Shown here piece after piece: positions 19,264 through 29,286 of a stretch of DNA of 64,000 nucleotides; position 1 is the stretch's first letter, and every line of letters starts with the position of its first letter. Under the pieces are notes generated by a model. It searched no databases and was not told the DNA's origin. It worked only from the letters and a program-made list of their open reading frames with translations. The translations under genes were made by a program, and so were the position numbers. The stretch is from Cyanophyceae cyanobacterium (GTDB lineage Bacteria > Cyanobacteriota > Cyanobacteriia > Cyanobacteriales > JBHJGN01): NCBI GenBank assembly GCA_050331735.1, contig JBHJGN010000029.1, positions 96,001 through 160,000 of the forward strand, in the 5' to 3' direction.

Positions 19264-20498
19264 TGCGCCCATAGCTCCCGAGAAAGAGCCGTTTCTTGCA
19301 GAACATACCGTCCGACATTGGCCACTGCCGCATCGTAAGCTGGCTGGCGCAGGTAGAGAGTCAAGTCGCGGATCAGACGCTCCATTGGGTGAGGAGGCAG
19401 TAAGCCCAGTGTTCCAATCGAGCGTTCGCTGAGCTGAATCACATCGAGGCAAATTTGCTCAATCGCCGTTCTCACCATGTTGGCGTAGGCGACAAGCTTA
19501 GGGGCAGGATCGTTATTCTGAGGAGTCCCGCCGAAGATAGAAGCATAGCTATCAATGCGTTGAGCGGCTCCCTGGAGCCACAGACATCCTGATTCAATGG
19601 CGATCGCCATTTTGCCGAGGCGTTCCTGTTGGTGGGGATGCTCGGTTCTGCCTCGCTTTTGCAGATACTGGCGCGTCGCATCTAGCAGCGCCTCTGCGCC
19701 ACCAAGCTGAACGGCGGCAAAGCGAACCACGCCGCCTGTCAGCCAAGGCTGACGGAAATAGTCCCCTGGTTGACCAATGAGCGCATCGGCTCCAATTTCG
19801 ACCCCGGTAAAATCGACTTTGTAGCTGACCGTGGCTCGCATGCCAGACGGTTGCCACCACTGCGGATCGACCTCAGTTTCGACCTGCTCCATCGGGACAA
19901 TACACATCTGCCAACTACCATCTGGTAGCGCCCCACTTGCAAACGGACGCTCGACGTATCCGCAACCCGAAGCAAAGGTTTTGCTGCCCTGCAATCGGTA
20001 GCCACCGTTCTTTAACGGAATTAGTTTAACGCCGTCGTCAGCTTCAGCATTCCAGACTCCAAAGATTTTCTGCTGACGAGCATCGGCGGCGTAGCGCTCA
20101 ATTTGTTCAGCGGTGCCGAAGGTTTGAATCAACTGCAGCGCATTGACGTGTCCTTCGTACACTCGACCGACAGCGAGGTTGCCCCGTCCGAGCTCTTTGA
20201 GGAGCAGCAGGAGCAATCGGGTATGGCCCGTTTCAAACCCCAGTCCCAGTCCTCCTAGCTGGCTACTCAGCGGTGCTGTCAGCAAACCCGCCTCAGCCAT
20301 CAGAGTAAATTCCTCAGCGGGAAAACTTCCCTGCTGGTCTAGAGTAGCGGCATTGGCAGCAGCGAAATTGGCGACCGCTTTGGTTCGCTCTAATAGCTCT
20401 GCTCTCGGAGTATCCCCTGAAGACGAAGCGATTTCCTTCATCCGTGGCTGTCCGCTCGTAGCGGCCCCATTGATCGTAATAATTTTCCTTTTCCCCAA
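19260..20498 (-). CDS. Acyl-CoA dehydrogenase family flavoprotein
   Basis: GRVYEGHVNAL, GSKTFASG, GMRATVS and RDLTLYLRQP motifs. Start may be the ATG at 20441. Confidence 0.88.
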   Translation of the reverse strand: MGKRKIITINGAATSGQPRMKEIASSSGDTPRAELLERTKAVANFAAANAATLDQQGSFPAEEFTLMAEAGLLTAPLSSQLGGLGLGFETGHTRLLLLLLKELGRGNLAVGRVYEGHVNALQLIQTFGTAEQIERYAADARQQKIFGVWNAEADDGVKLIPLKNGGYRLQGSKTFASGCGYVERPFASGALPDGSWQMCIVPMEQVETEVDPQWWQPSGMRATVSYKVDFTGVEIGADALIGQPGDYFRQPWLTGGVVRFAAVQLGGAEALLDATRQYLQKRGRTEHPHQQERLGKMAIAIESGCLWLQGAAQRIDSYASIFGGTPQNNDPAPKLVAYANMVRTAIEQICLDVIQLSERSIGTLGLLPPHPMERLIRDLTLYLRQPAYDAAVANVGRYVLQETALSRELWAQ

Positions 20499-20762
20499 TC
20501 GCTACCTCATTCTTCACTGATTTTGTCGTAACGTTAAGAGTCTCTGCCTCTACCGGAAGATAAATCCTCGGCAAGGGTCAAAGGCTCAGAGCTAATCACC
20601 GCTAGCTCAGCGCTAGCTCTCTCATTCCTTAGCATTCGCTCCTCGGGTAGAGGCATTAATGTTAACTAATTCAATAAAGTGTCATAATAAGCAACAATGC
20701 TTAATATTGTTCTGCTTCCGCGTTGCTACTTTTAAAACCGCCACAAGTTCGCAAACTGATGT

Positions 20763-22058
20763 ATGGAATCGACCATTAAGCTGCCAACGACTGATTCGTT
20801 AGACCCTGCTTCCTACAGCCTCAAAGCGCTGGACCGCTCCAATTTCTTTCTGGCAGACATTGGCAACGTGTTTGCTCCGTATTTATTTGTTTACCTGAAG
20901 TCAAACGGCTGGAGTGCTACCCAAATCGGATTAATCACTGCCGCCACCGATATTACTGGCATGATGGCTCAAGTGCCGGTGGGCGCTCTGATCGATGCTC
21001 TACCGCGCAAGCGAGCGCTGATTGCCTGTGCCCTTGCGGCGATCGGCCTCAGCTATTTGGTGATGAGTCACCATACCAGTTTACCGATTGTCATGGGCGC
21101 TCAAGCGGCCATTGGAGCCGCCGTTGTCGTTATTGCTCCAGTCAAAGCGGCTATTTCTTTAGGCATCACGGGCTATGAAGGATTAGAAAAGCGATTGAGC
21201 CGCAACGAAGCGTTTAACCATAGCGGCAGTGTCGCCGCGGCGATCGCCGCGGCGTTCCTCGCTCACTTCTGCGGACTGCAATGGACTTTTTACTTTCTGG
21301 TACTGCTGTGTGGGGCGTCAATTTTCTCGATTTTTCAGATTCGCGAGCACGATATCAACCATCAGCAGGCACGGACTGCTGCTGTCGAATCAGGAGAAAG
21401 CCTGTGGACGATTTTAAGCGATCGCCGATTATTAATTCTCGCTCTGTGCGTCTCTTTTTTTCACTTTGGCAATGCTGCGCTGCTGCCTTTAATGAGCCAG
21501 CAGTTGAGCAGTCATGCCCATGCTGGTCTGTACGTTTCCTGCTGCGCTGTTGTGGCTTTACTAACGATGATTCCGATTTCTCACTGGGCAGGAGAGGCTT
21601 CTAACCGCTGGGGAAGAAAGCCATTGTTGCTAGCGGCTTTTGGGGCAGTCGTACTGCGGGCTATCCTGTACGTGTTTATCGAGCAACCAACCGCGATTGT
21701 CTGTCTCCAGTTACTCAGCGGCATTGCTTCTGGTCTGTTTGGGGTCGTGTTTCTGCTTATGGTTGTTGATTTAACCAAAGGCAAGGGCTGCTACGGACTG
21801 GTGCAAGGAGCCATCAGCATCTGTATTGGGATCGGTTCAGCCTTGAGTAATTTAGTGGCGAGTTGGCTTGTGGAGGTAACGGATTACTCGACCGGATATT
21901 TTTTTCTAGCCGCAGTGACGGCGTTTGGATTTGTCCTATTTTGGAGTGCCATGCCAGAAACTTATCCTTCTATTAGTCAATTGGACAACCAATACAGTCC
22001 CCTGGCCATGACCGTTGACTCAGAAGCAGTGCCAGTCCGTCCGCTTAGAGCAATATGA
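20763..22058 (+). CDS. MFS transporter
   Basis: About 12 TM helices; GALIDALPRKR and SNRWGRKPLL motif A-like loops. Confidence 0.9.
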   Translation: MESTIKLPTTDSLDPASYSLKALDRSNFFLADIGNVFAPYLFVYLKSNGWSATQIGLITAATDITGMMAQVPVGALIDALPRKRALIACALAAIGLSYLVMSHHTSLPIVMGAQAAIGAAVVVIAPVKAAISLGITGYEGLEKRLSRNEAFNHSGSVAAAIAAAFLAHFCGLQWTFYFLVLLCGASIFSIFQIREHDINHQQARTAAVESGESLWTILSDRRLLILALCVSFFHFGNAALLPLMSQQLSSHAHAGLYVSCCAVVALLTMIPISHWAGEASNRWGRKPLLLAAFGAVVLRAILYVFIEQPTAIVCLQLLSGIASGLFGVVFLLMVVDLTKGKGCYGLVQGAISICIGIGSALSNLVASWLVEVTDYSTGYFFLAAVTAFGFVLFWSAMPETYPSISQLDNQYSPLAMTVDSEAVPVRPLRAI

Positions 22059-22294
22059 ATCGAGGTTGGGTTAGACTCATCATGAGTTGCGGATTTTTAC
22101 TAAAGTCCTTCGCCAGACGGAAAAGCGCGATCGCTGAGTACTAGGGTAAATTGACTATCGGCAATTCTCCAGGATGCACGGTAGCTCAACAGAAAAACGC
22201 GCTGACTGTGTGGCTATTTCAATTAGTTTGGTATGATGTATAGTCTCTTCGGCTTCGCCGCCGTTCAGGCAAGAGGCACAAAGGAATTAACGGA

Positions 22295-23647
22295 ATGGCA
22301 CCACTACTATTTGTTGTTTGGACCAAAGCAGAAGCTCTCTTCAAAAATTTGGGAACTCTCGCCTTACTGCTGCTGGCTTTCCCCTTAAACTTATTCATTG
22401 TTTTGTTAGCTTGGCTGCGGAATTTAGTCCGCCGTCCTCCTCAGTCTGCCCAAAACCCAAAAACAATTATGCTCACGGGCGGCAAAATGACCAAAGCGCT
22501 ACAGTTGGCTCGCTCGTTTCATGCGGCTGGTCATCGAGTGGTCTTGGTTGAAACTCATAAATACTGGCTAGTAGGACATCGTTACTCTAACGCGGTGGCG
22601 CGTTTCTACACTGTTCCAGCACCGCAGAAAGACCTAGAAGGATATACCCAGGGGTTGCTAGACATTGCCAAACGGGAAAACGTTGATGTTTATATTCCGG
22701 TGTGTAGTCCGGTAGCAAGTTATTACGATTCCCTGGCTAAAGTGGCGCTGTCGGGTTGCTGCGAGGTGTTTCACTTCGACCCGGATGTGACTAGGATGCT
22801 TGACGACAAATTTGCCTTTGCCGAAAACGCTCGTTCTATCGGCTTATCCGTACCAAAGTCCTTTCGCATTGACGATCCCAAGCAGGTGTTAGACTTTGAT
22901 TTCTCCAACGAAAAGCGTCCCTACATCCTCAAAAGCATACCCTACGACTCGGTACGCCGCCTCGATTTAACCAAGCTTCCCTGTGCCACTTCCCAAGAAA
23001 CCGAGGCGTTTGTAAAGAGTTTGCCCATCAGTCCAGAGAAGCCCTGGATCATGCAGGAATTTATTCCCGGGACAGAATACTGTACCCACAGCACCATTCG
23101 CAACGGCGAGTTACGGCTGCACTGCTGCTGCGAATCCTCGGCGTTTCAGGTTAATTATGAAAACGTTGACAAGCCGGAGATTTTAGAGTGGGTGAGTCGT
23201 TTCGCTCAAGCAAATCATCTCACTGGACAAGCCAGCTTTGACTTTATTCAAGCAGAAGACGGCACGGTATATGCCATCGAATGCAATCCTCGAACCCATT
23301 CTGCTATCACCATGTTTTATAACCATCCCGGGGTAGCCGAGGCGTATTTAGGCCAAGAACCGCTGCCAGAACCTTTGCAGCCGCTACCCGACAGCAAGCC
23401 GACTTACTGGCTATATCATGAAGTGTGGCGACTCAACGAGGTTCGCTCCTTACAGCAGCTCGGACAGTGGTTTAGCAATCTCACGCGCGGCAAAGACGCT
23501 ATTTTTGCCGCCTCCGATCCGCTGCCCTTTTTAATGGTGCATCACTGGCAAATTCCGCTGCTGCTGCTGAAAAACTTGAGCAAGCTCAAAGGCTGGATCA
23601 GAATTGACTTTAACATCGGCAAGCTGGTAGAAATTGGTGGCGATTAA
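22295..23647 (+). CDS. mysC: ATP-grasp ligase, mycosporine-glycine synthase
   Basis: GGKMTKALQLARSFHAAGHRVVLVETHKYW, KSIPYDSVRRLDLTKLP, IECNPRTHSAIT and RIDFNIGKLVEIGGD are hallmark MysC segments. Confidence 0.92.
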   Translation: MAPLLFVVWTKAEALFKNLGTLALLLLAFPLNLFIVLLAWLRNLVRRPPQSAQNPKTIMLTGGKMTKALQLARSFHAAGHRVVLVETHKYWLVGHRYSNAVARFYTVPAPQKDLEGYTQGLLDIAKRENVDVYIPVCSPVASYYDSLAKVALSGCCEVFHFDPDVTRMLDDKFAFAENARSIGLSVPKSFRIDDPKQVLDFDFSNEKRPYILKSIPYDSVRRLDLTKLPCATSQETEAFVKSLPISPEKPWIMQEFIPGTEYCTHSTIRNGELRLHCCCESSAFQVNYENVDKPEILEWVSRFAQANHLTGQASFDFIQAEDGTVYAIECNPRTHSAITMFYNHPGVAEAYLGQEPLPEPLQPLPDSKPTYWLYHEVWRLNEVRSLQQLGQWFSNLTRGKDAIFAASDPLPFLMVHHWQIPLLLLKNLSKLKGWIRIDFNIGKLVEIGGD

Positions 23648-24339
23648 TGGCGATTTTAGAGACAGTCGTTCCCTGGGGGCGATCGCTCGACGAATATCGG
23701 CGGATGTTTAATCTCAACCCGGCTGAGTTCGGCACGATTCTTGACTGCGGCGGCGGACCCGCAAGTTTTAATGCCGAAATGCATCAGCGAGGCGAGCGTG
23801 TTGTCTCTTGCGATCCGATTTACCAGTTTAGCCGCCGCGAAATTGCTCAGCGCATCGAAGAAACCTATGCCGTTGTTTTAGAGGCAGTTCGGGCCAATCA
23901 AGACCGTTTTGTGTGGAACGTCATTTCCTCTCCTGAAGAACTAGGTCGAGTGAGAATGGCCAGCATGAAGCAGTTTTTAGCGGATTTTCCGCAAGGAGTT
24001 AAACAAGGACGCTACGTCACTGAAGCACTGCCCCAGCTCTCGTTTAGCAATCACCAGTTCGATCTGGCCCTCTGTTCGCACCTGTTGTTTACCTATTCAG
24101 AGCAGCTTTCGCTGGAGTTTCATATTGCCTCCATTCTAGAAATGTGCCGCGTAGCGACAGAGGTGCGCGTGTTTCCGTTGCTGACTCACTTTAGCGGAGA
24201 GCGATCGCCTCATCTTCAGCCCGTTATCAATACCTTGAGGGCAAAAGGTTATCGAGTCGAGATTCAACCAGTCTCCTACGAATTTCAGCGTCACGGCAAT
24301 CAACTCCTGCGGGTTTTACCCAATACCAATTCCATGTAA
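23647..24339 (+). CDS. Class I SAM-dependent methyltransferase
   Basis: ILDCGGGPASF SAM motif, FDLALCSHLLF; TAATG overlap with mysC. Confidence 0.85.
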   Translation: MAILETVVPWGRSLDEYRRMFNLNPAEFGTILDCGGGPASFNAEMHQRGERVVSCDPIYQFSRREIAQRIEETYAVVLEAVRANQDRFVWNVISSPEELGRVRMASMKQFLADFPQGVKQGRYVTEALPQLSFSNHQFDLALCSHLLFTYSEQLSLEFHIASILEMCRVATEVRVFPLLTHFSGERSPHLQPVINTLRAKGYRVEIQPVSYEFQRHGNQLLRVLPNTNSM

Positions 24340-24350
24340 TCTGTGTAAGA

Positions 24351-24526
24351 GTCCCTGCGGGACGGGAAAAGGGAAAGCGCCGCAGGCGCAGGGAAAAGGG
24401 GAAATAGTTCCTCCGGAACGGGGAAAGAACACAGAAGCTAAGAACAAACTTAATCAGCATCCCCTTCCCCTTTCCCCCTTCCCCTTTTCCCATTGCGGAG
24501 CAACTTTCCCCCTTCCCCTTTTCCCC
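24351..24526. repeat. Composite dispersed repeat, copy 3
   Basis: GTCCC-TGC-GGGAC, GCGCC-GCA-GGCGC and GTTCC-TCC-GGAAC hairpins; core GGGGAAAGAACACAGAAGCTAAGAACAAACT; inverted CCCCTTT heptamers. Confidence 0.8.
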
Positions 24527-24566
24527 AACTAAAAATTCCAGTTATCACTACAAAAGTAAAAGAGTA

Positions 24567-25622
24567 ATGACCACTGCACCCATCCAGGACAATTTAAAAG
24601 AAGCAAAAAGTCAGCTATTCGATATGATGTTGGCGTTTGTGAAAAGTCAGTGTCTTTACACTGGCTGTCGCTTAGGAATCTTCGATCTTCTCGAAGAAGA
24701 GGGAGAGTTGAGTATTGAAGCCTTAGCCCAAAAAACCCAGACAGAACCGGAAAGACTTTATTTTCCCATTCGCGCCTTAGCACACCTGGGAGTGCTGCAA
24801 GAGAAGCCAGGACGGGTGTTTGCTCCGACTGACACCTCCTCTCTTCTCGTTACTAACAAGGAACCCTCGATGGCGCATTTAATTATGCACCTCATTGAAC
24901 CAGCCCAGTGGGACTCTTGGAAAGTGCTGGAAGACTCCCTCCGCCAGGGCGTAGTTCCCTTTGAATTAGCCAACGGCAAGGGCGTGTACGAGTATTGCCA
25001 AGACAACGAGTGGAGTGGCGATACTTTTATTAAAGCGATGAGCTATTTAACCTCCCATACCGTCGATCCGCTACTGGACGTGCTGGATTTTAATCAGTTT
25101 GGCACGGTGATGGACGTTGGCGGCGGACAGGGAGGACTGATTGCCCGGATTGTGAAGCGGTTTGGCTGCAAAGGGATTCTATTTGATGTTCCTTACGTCG
25201 CTGAAACCGCCACCGACTACCTCAAAAAGCAGGGCGTTTCTACCAACGACGTTGAAATCAAGACGGGAGATGTATTTGAGTCGGTTCCCAAAGGAGCAGA
25301 TGCTATCGTGATGAAGTATTTCCTCTCCGCCTGGAACGACGAAGATGCCGCGAAAATACTGCACAATTGTCGAGAAGCCCTACCTTCTCACGGCAGGCTT
25401 TTCCTGATGCAGGCGTTTGTTCCTGAAATTGACGAGCCAAAAGTAGCGCCAGATGGCATTATGCCGGGAATTTTTGCTGTTCAGATTAACGTTGCCGTTC
25501 CCGGTGGCGGCTGGCGCACCCGCAAGCACTTTCAGGAGTTGTTTGAACAGTGCGGCTTCAAGCTAGAGAATTCGGTCGATTCCGCTACGAATCTTTCGGC
25601 GATGGAATTTAGTTTGGCCTAA
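24567..25622 (+). CDS. O-/N-methyltransferase (dimerisation domain plus Methyltransf_2)
   Basis: N-terminal winged helix (LGIFDLL..LAQKT), VMDVGGGQG, GDVFESVPKGADAIVMK. Confidence 0.9.
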   Translation: MTTAPIQDNLKEAKSQLFDMMLAFVKSQCLYTGCRLGIFDLLEEEGELSIEALAQKTQTEPERLYFPIRALAHLGVLQEKPGRVFAPTDTSSLLVTNKEPSMAHLIMHLIEPAQWDSWKVLEDSLRQGVVPFELANGKGVYEYCQDNEWSGDTFIKAMSYLTSHTVDPLLDVLDFNQFGTVMDVGGGQGGLIARIVKRFGCKGILFDVPYVAETATDYLKKQGVSTNDVEIKTGDVFESVPKGADAIVMKYFLSAWNDEDAAKILHNCREALPSHGRLFLMQAFVPEIDEPKVAPDGIMPGIFAVQINVAVPGGGWRTRKHFQELFEQCGFKLENSVDSATNLSAMEFSLA

Positions 25623-25730
25623 GTTCCTCCGGAACGGGGAAAGGGAAAATTGTCCCTCCGGGACGGGGAAAAAACACAGGGCTGAGGAACAAGCTAAATC
25701 ATTACTCCTTTTCCCGCGCCTCTGGCGCTG
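25623..25730. repeat. Composite dispersed repeat, copy 4
   Basis: GTTCC-TCC-GGAAC and GTCCC-TCC-GGGAC hairpins; core GGGGAAAAAACACAGGGCTGAGGAACAAGCT. Confidence 0.8.
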
Positions 25731-25796
25731 CTTGTGCCGCATCTAGAAAGAGAAATAGTATAGGTATTGAAGTCCGTTAAACAAACTTGATTAGAA

Positions 25797-26171
25797 ATGA
25801 GTAACGAACAGCAACCCAAAACCCTCGATGTTGATGGTCATCGTCCCATCGATGACAGCGAACTAAAGATTAAGAAAACGCTTGACGTTGATGGCGAGCG
25901 TCCCATCGAGTCTGCTAGCGAAGAAGTTCAAGACACCTTCGAGATAGAAGGTCAGCGTCCGGTTGTGTCTGATAAACTAGAGTCCGATCAGGCCCTTGAG
26001 GTCGATGGAGAGCGTCCTGTTAATCGTGGCGAGCTTGAGGTCAAAGCAGTCATGGATATAGATGGTAAGCGTCCGGTTGTCGCGAACGATTTTGAGGTGA
26101 AGAAAACGCTTAACGTTGATGGCGAACGTCCAATTACTTCTGAAAAAACCTTTGAAGAGGCTTCAGATTAA
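25797..26171 (+). CDS. Acidic tandem-repeat protein (six 19-aa repeats)
   Basis: Repeated [KT]LDVDGERP[IV] units every 19 residues. Confidence 0.8.
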   Translation: MSNEQQPKTLDVDGHRPIDDSELKIKKTLDVDGERPIESASEEVQDTFEIEGQRPVVSDKLESDQALEVDGERPVNRGELEVKAVMDIDGKRPVVANDFEVKKTLNVDGERPITSEKTFEEASD

Positions 26172-26340
26172 TTACCAATAAAGGAGCAATAAATCTAATC
26201 CCCTTCCCCGTCCCGGAGGGACAGTTTCCCTCTCCTCTCCGTAACCCGATTCAACCTAACCCGGAGAAATCGGTAGATTCTCGGTTCGAGAGCAACAGTG
26301 TCACCCACTATACTAGCGAGAAGTTCGAGAGGAATAGCCT

Positions 26341-27861
26341 GTGTTAGCGAGGGTGTGGAGTGCGACAGTTGTCGGCATCAATGCAGTCAAGGTCGGCGTA
26401 GAAGTCGATGTCTCCGGCGGACTGCCGAGAACGGTGGTAGTCGGTTTACCCGATGCCGCTGTGCAGGAATCGAAAGAAAGAGTCAAAGCTGCCTTGAAGA
26501 ACGCTGGCTTTGCCTTTCCAGTTCGTAAGATTGTAATTAACCTGGCTCCCGCCGACCTACGCAAAGAGGGACCAAGCTTTGATTTGCCCATTAGCATCGG
26601 CATTTTAGCTGCTTCTGAACAGGTCAACCCTCAGCTTCTCGGAGATACTCTCTTTTTTGGTGAAGTTTCTTTAGACGGTCAACTGCGGGCTGTGTCGGGA
26701 GTGTTACCCATTGCTGCCGCCGCCAAACAGTTGGGCATGGCTGGACTAGTCGTGCCAGCGGGGAACGCTCAAGAAGCCGCCGTTGTCAAGGGAGTATCGG
26801 TTTACGGATTTAACCACCTCTCAGAAGTGACGGCCTTTCTCAATCACCCGGAAAAGGTGGTTCCTGTTAAGGTGTCATTCCCAAAGCAAGAGTCGTTTTT
26901 TAGTGGTCCTGACTTGAAAGATGTCAAGGGACAATCCCATGCCCGTCGTGCCCTAGAAATTGCCGCGGCAGGAGGACACAACCTCATTTTTGTTGGGCCT
27001 CCAGGAAGCGGAAAAACCATGCTGGCTCGGCGACTGCCCAGTATTCTGCCCGCCTTAACCTTTGAGGAAGCCTTAGAAGTGTCGCAAATCCATTCTGTAG
27101 CGGGGTTACTCAAGGAGCGCGGCTCGCTGATTACAGATCGCCCCTTCCGCAGCCCTCACCATTCGGCTTCCGGTCCATCTTTAGTAGGAGGCGGTAGCTT
27201 TCCTCGTCCAGGAGAAATATCTTTGTCTCACCGAGGGATTTTGTTTTTGGATGAATTAACAGAGTTCAAGCGCACTGTCCTAGAATACCTGCGACAGCCT
27301 TTAGAAGATGGCTTTGTGTCGATTTCTCGCACTCGTCAATCGGTGGCTTTTCCAGCGCAATTCACCCTGATTGCCAGCACAAATCCCTGTCCCTGCGGCT
27401 ATTTTGGCGACCCGATTCAAGCCTGTACCTGTTCTCCTCGGCAGCGGGAGCAATACTGGGCTAAGCTTTCTGGTCCATTAATGGACCGCATTGATTTACA
27501 GGTTGCCGTCAATCGCCTCAAGCCAGAGGAACTGACTCACCAGAATACGGGAGAAGAGTCACAAACCGTGCGAGAGCGCGTGATTGCAGCCCGCGATCGC
27601 GCTCGTCATCGCTTTCAAAAACTAACGGTACGCTGCAATGCCGAGATGCAGTCTGCCCAGCTACTCCGTTTCTGTCCCTTAGACGATGCCAGTCGCTCTC
27701 TTCTAGAGGGAGCCATTCGTAAACTAGGGCTGTCAGCAAGAGCATTTGACCGAATTTTAAAAGTCTCTCGTACCGTTGCCGATTTAGCCGGAGAGGAAAA
27801 CATCGGAGCATCCCACGTTGCCGAAGCGATTCAGTATCGCACAATCGATCGGATGCAGTAG
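26341..27861 (+). CDS. comM: YifB/ComM family Mg-chelatase-like AAA+ ATPase
   Basis: NLAPADLRKEGPSFDLPI, GPPGSGKT, PFRSPHHS, NPCPCG and LMDRIDL motifs. Confidence 0.92.
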   Translation: MLARVWSATVVGINAVKVGVEVDVSGGLPRTVVVGLPDAAVQESKERVKAALKNAGFAFPVRKIVINLAPADLRKEGPSFDLPISIGILAASEQVNPQLLGDTLFFGEVSLDGQLRAVSGVLPIAAAAKQLGMAGLVVPAGNAQEAAVVKGVSVYGFNHLSEVTAFLNHPEKVVPVKVSFPKQESFFSGPDLKDVKGQSHARRALEIAAAGGHNLIFVGPPGSGKTMLARRLPSILPALTFEEALEVSQIHSVAGLLKERGSLITDRPFRSPHHSASGPSLVGGGSFPRPGEISLSHRGILFLDELTEFKRTVLEYLRQPLEDGFVSISRTRQSVAFPAQFTLIASTNPCPCGYFGDPIQACTCSPRQREQYWAKLSGPLMDRIDLQVAVNRLKPEELTHQNTGEESQTVRERVIAARDRARHRFQKLTVRCNAEMQSAQLLRFCPLDDASRSLLEGAIRKLGLSARAFDRILKVSRTVADLAGEENIGASHVAEAIQYRTIDRMQ

Positions 27862-27891
27862 CGCCTGCGGCGCTTCCCCGTCGCGGAGCGA

Positions 27892-28515
27892 CTATTCACT
27901 ACTTGGAGGTGCTGGAGAGTAGTTGGGCGGTAGGGGGTTGCTCGAGCCTTGATTGGGAATGGGCACATTGGGCTGGAGTGGGTTGAAGCTTCCTCCCGGA
28001 ATGGGAAGATAGGGATTGCTGTTGGGAATTGGCTCAGCCGTTGCTGACTCCGATTCAGGGAGAGTGGCTAGCGCAACGCGATCGCCGCCCACTTCCCGCA
28101 GCAAATCGAGCACCTCGATAACCTCGTTGTAGCTGGCGCTTCTGGAGGCGTTGAGCACCATCAAACCGCCCGGATTGAGCTGGTGATAGTTTCTAATGGC
28201 TTGCTGAAGCTGATTGCGAGTTACGGCCTGCTTTTCAACATACACTTGCCCCAAATCGTCTAAACTCACCACCAGTATCTCGCGCATCTGGGGAGTTCCT
28301 GTACTAGCTTGAGGCAGAGACAGACCGATCGCCTGCTGCCGCGAAAACCCAACGGCTGCCAGAATAAAAAAGGTCAGAATACAGAAAATCACGTCGATCA
28401 GCGGAATAATTTCGATGCGTACTTCCTGGGCGGTGGAAGTGTCCTGCCACAGCTTCAGCGGGCGAGCCGCTACGTGGTCCTGCCTGCGGTTGTGTTTACC
28501 TGACGCTTGTGCCAT
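27892..28515 (-). CDS. exbD: ExbD/TolR biopolymer transport protein
   Basis: IEIIPLIDVIFCILTFFI TM segment with the conserved Asp. Confidence 0.9.
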   Translation of the reverse strand: MAQASGKHNRRQDHVAARPLKLWQDTSTAQEVRIEIIPLIDVIFCILTFFILAAVGFSRQQAIGLSLPQASTGTPQMREILVVSLDDLGQVYVEKQAVTRNQLQQAIRNYHQLNPGGLMVLNASRSASYNEVIEVLDLLREVGGDRVALATLPESESATAEPIPNSNPYLPIPGGSFNPLQPNVPIPNQGSSNPLPPNYSPAPPSSE

Positions 28516-28608
28516 AGTGGATTTTGATAGTGCTTTTTAATATTAATTCTTTAACTATCCTACTCAACTGAACGGCGATCGCACTTTCAGTGCGGAGCGC
28601 CTCCCAGT

Positions 28609-29286
28609 TTACTTATCAATTCTTCTCGGCCTCTCAAATCTCGTCTCTATCGGGTAGTCTTCTTGCTCCATCCATCTTTGTCGGTAGATTACTTCTAGCT
28701 GACTGCCTGCTTTGCGAAAGACTCGCACTTGGTTGGACCAAAAAGCTTGAAAAAGACGATAGAATGCCAAGCTAACAATCGCCACAATCAGACCCACCGC
28801 CGTAGAAATGAGAGATTCACCAATTCCGAGAGTGACACCGGTTGTCGAAGCCGTTCCTAAGTCGCTGATTTGAATTGAGCGCAGAGAATTAATTAAGCCC
28901 AGAACGGTTCCTAGCAGCCCAAGCAGCGGAGAGAGAGCAATCACCGCTTCTAACACTTTATCCCCTCGCCTCATCAGCGCTAATTCATCATCAGCAGCGG
29001 CTTCTAGGGCCAGATGAAAGACTTCCGGTTCTGGCTCGCGCAGCCGCAAAGGGGCATAAAGATAGTTACCAATGGGTTGCTTTCTGTAGCCTTGAGCGAT
29101 TTCTTCTGTTGCATCCCAGTTGCGAATTGCTGTTTCCATAATGCGGTTAAGAACCTGCTCTTCTTTGATAAGCACCCGCGACCAAAACCAAACCCGTTCA
29201 ATGATTGTTCCTAAAGCTAATACTGATAGGAATAGCAGGGGCCAAATTGCTACGCCACCCTTTTCAAGAATTTCTGCTAGAGTCAC
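28609..29286 (-). CDS. exbB: MotA/TolQ/ExbB proton channel protein
   Basis: [14 protein letters not shown] and [13 protein letters not shown] motifs. Confidence 0.9.
   Translation of the reverse strand: MTLAEILEKGGVAIWPLLFLSVLALGTIIERVWFWSRVLIKEEQVLNRIMETAIRNWDATEEIAQGYRKQPIGNYLYAPLRLREPEPEVFHLALEAAADDELALMRRGDKVLEAVIALSPLLGLLGTVLGLINSLRSIQISDLGTASTTGVTLGIGESLISTAVGLIVAIVSLAFYRLFQAFWSNQVRVFRKAGSQLEVIYRQRWMEQEDYPIETRFERPRRIDK

Noticed and set aside
22295..26171. Graspetide RiPP cluster (ATP-grasp plus repeat precursor)
   Set aside because: The ATP-grasp enzyme is clearly MysC, and the repeat protein has no leader or recognisable graspetide core.
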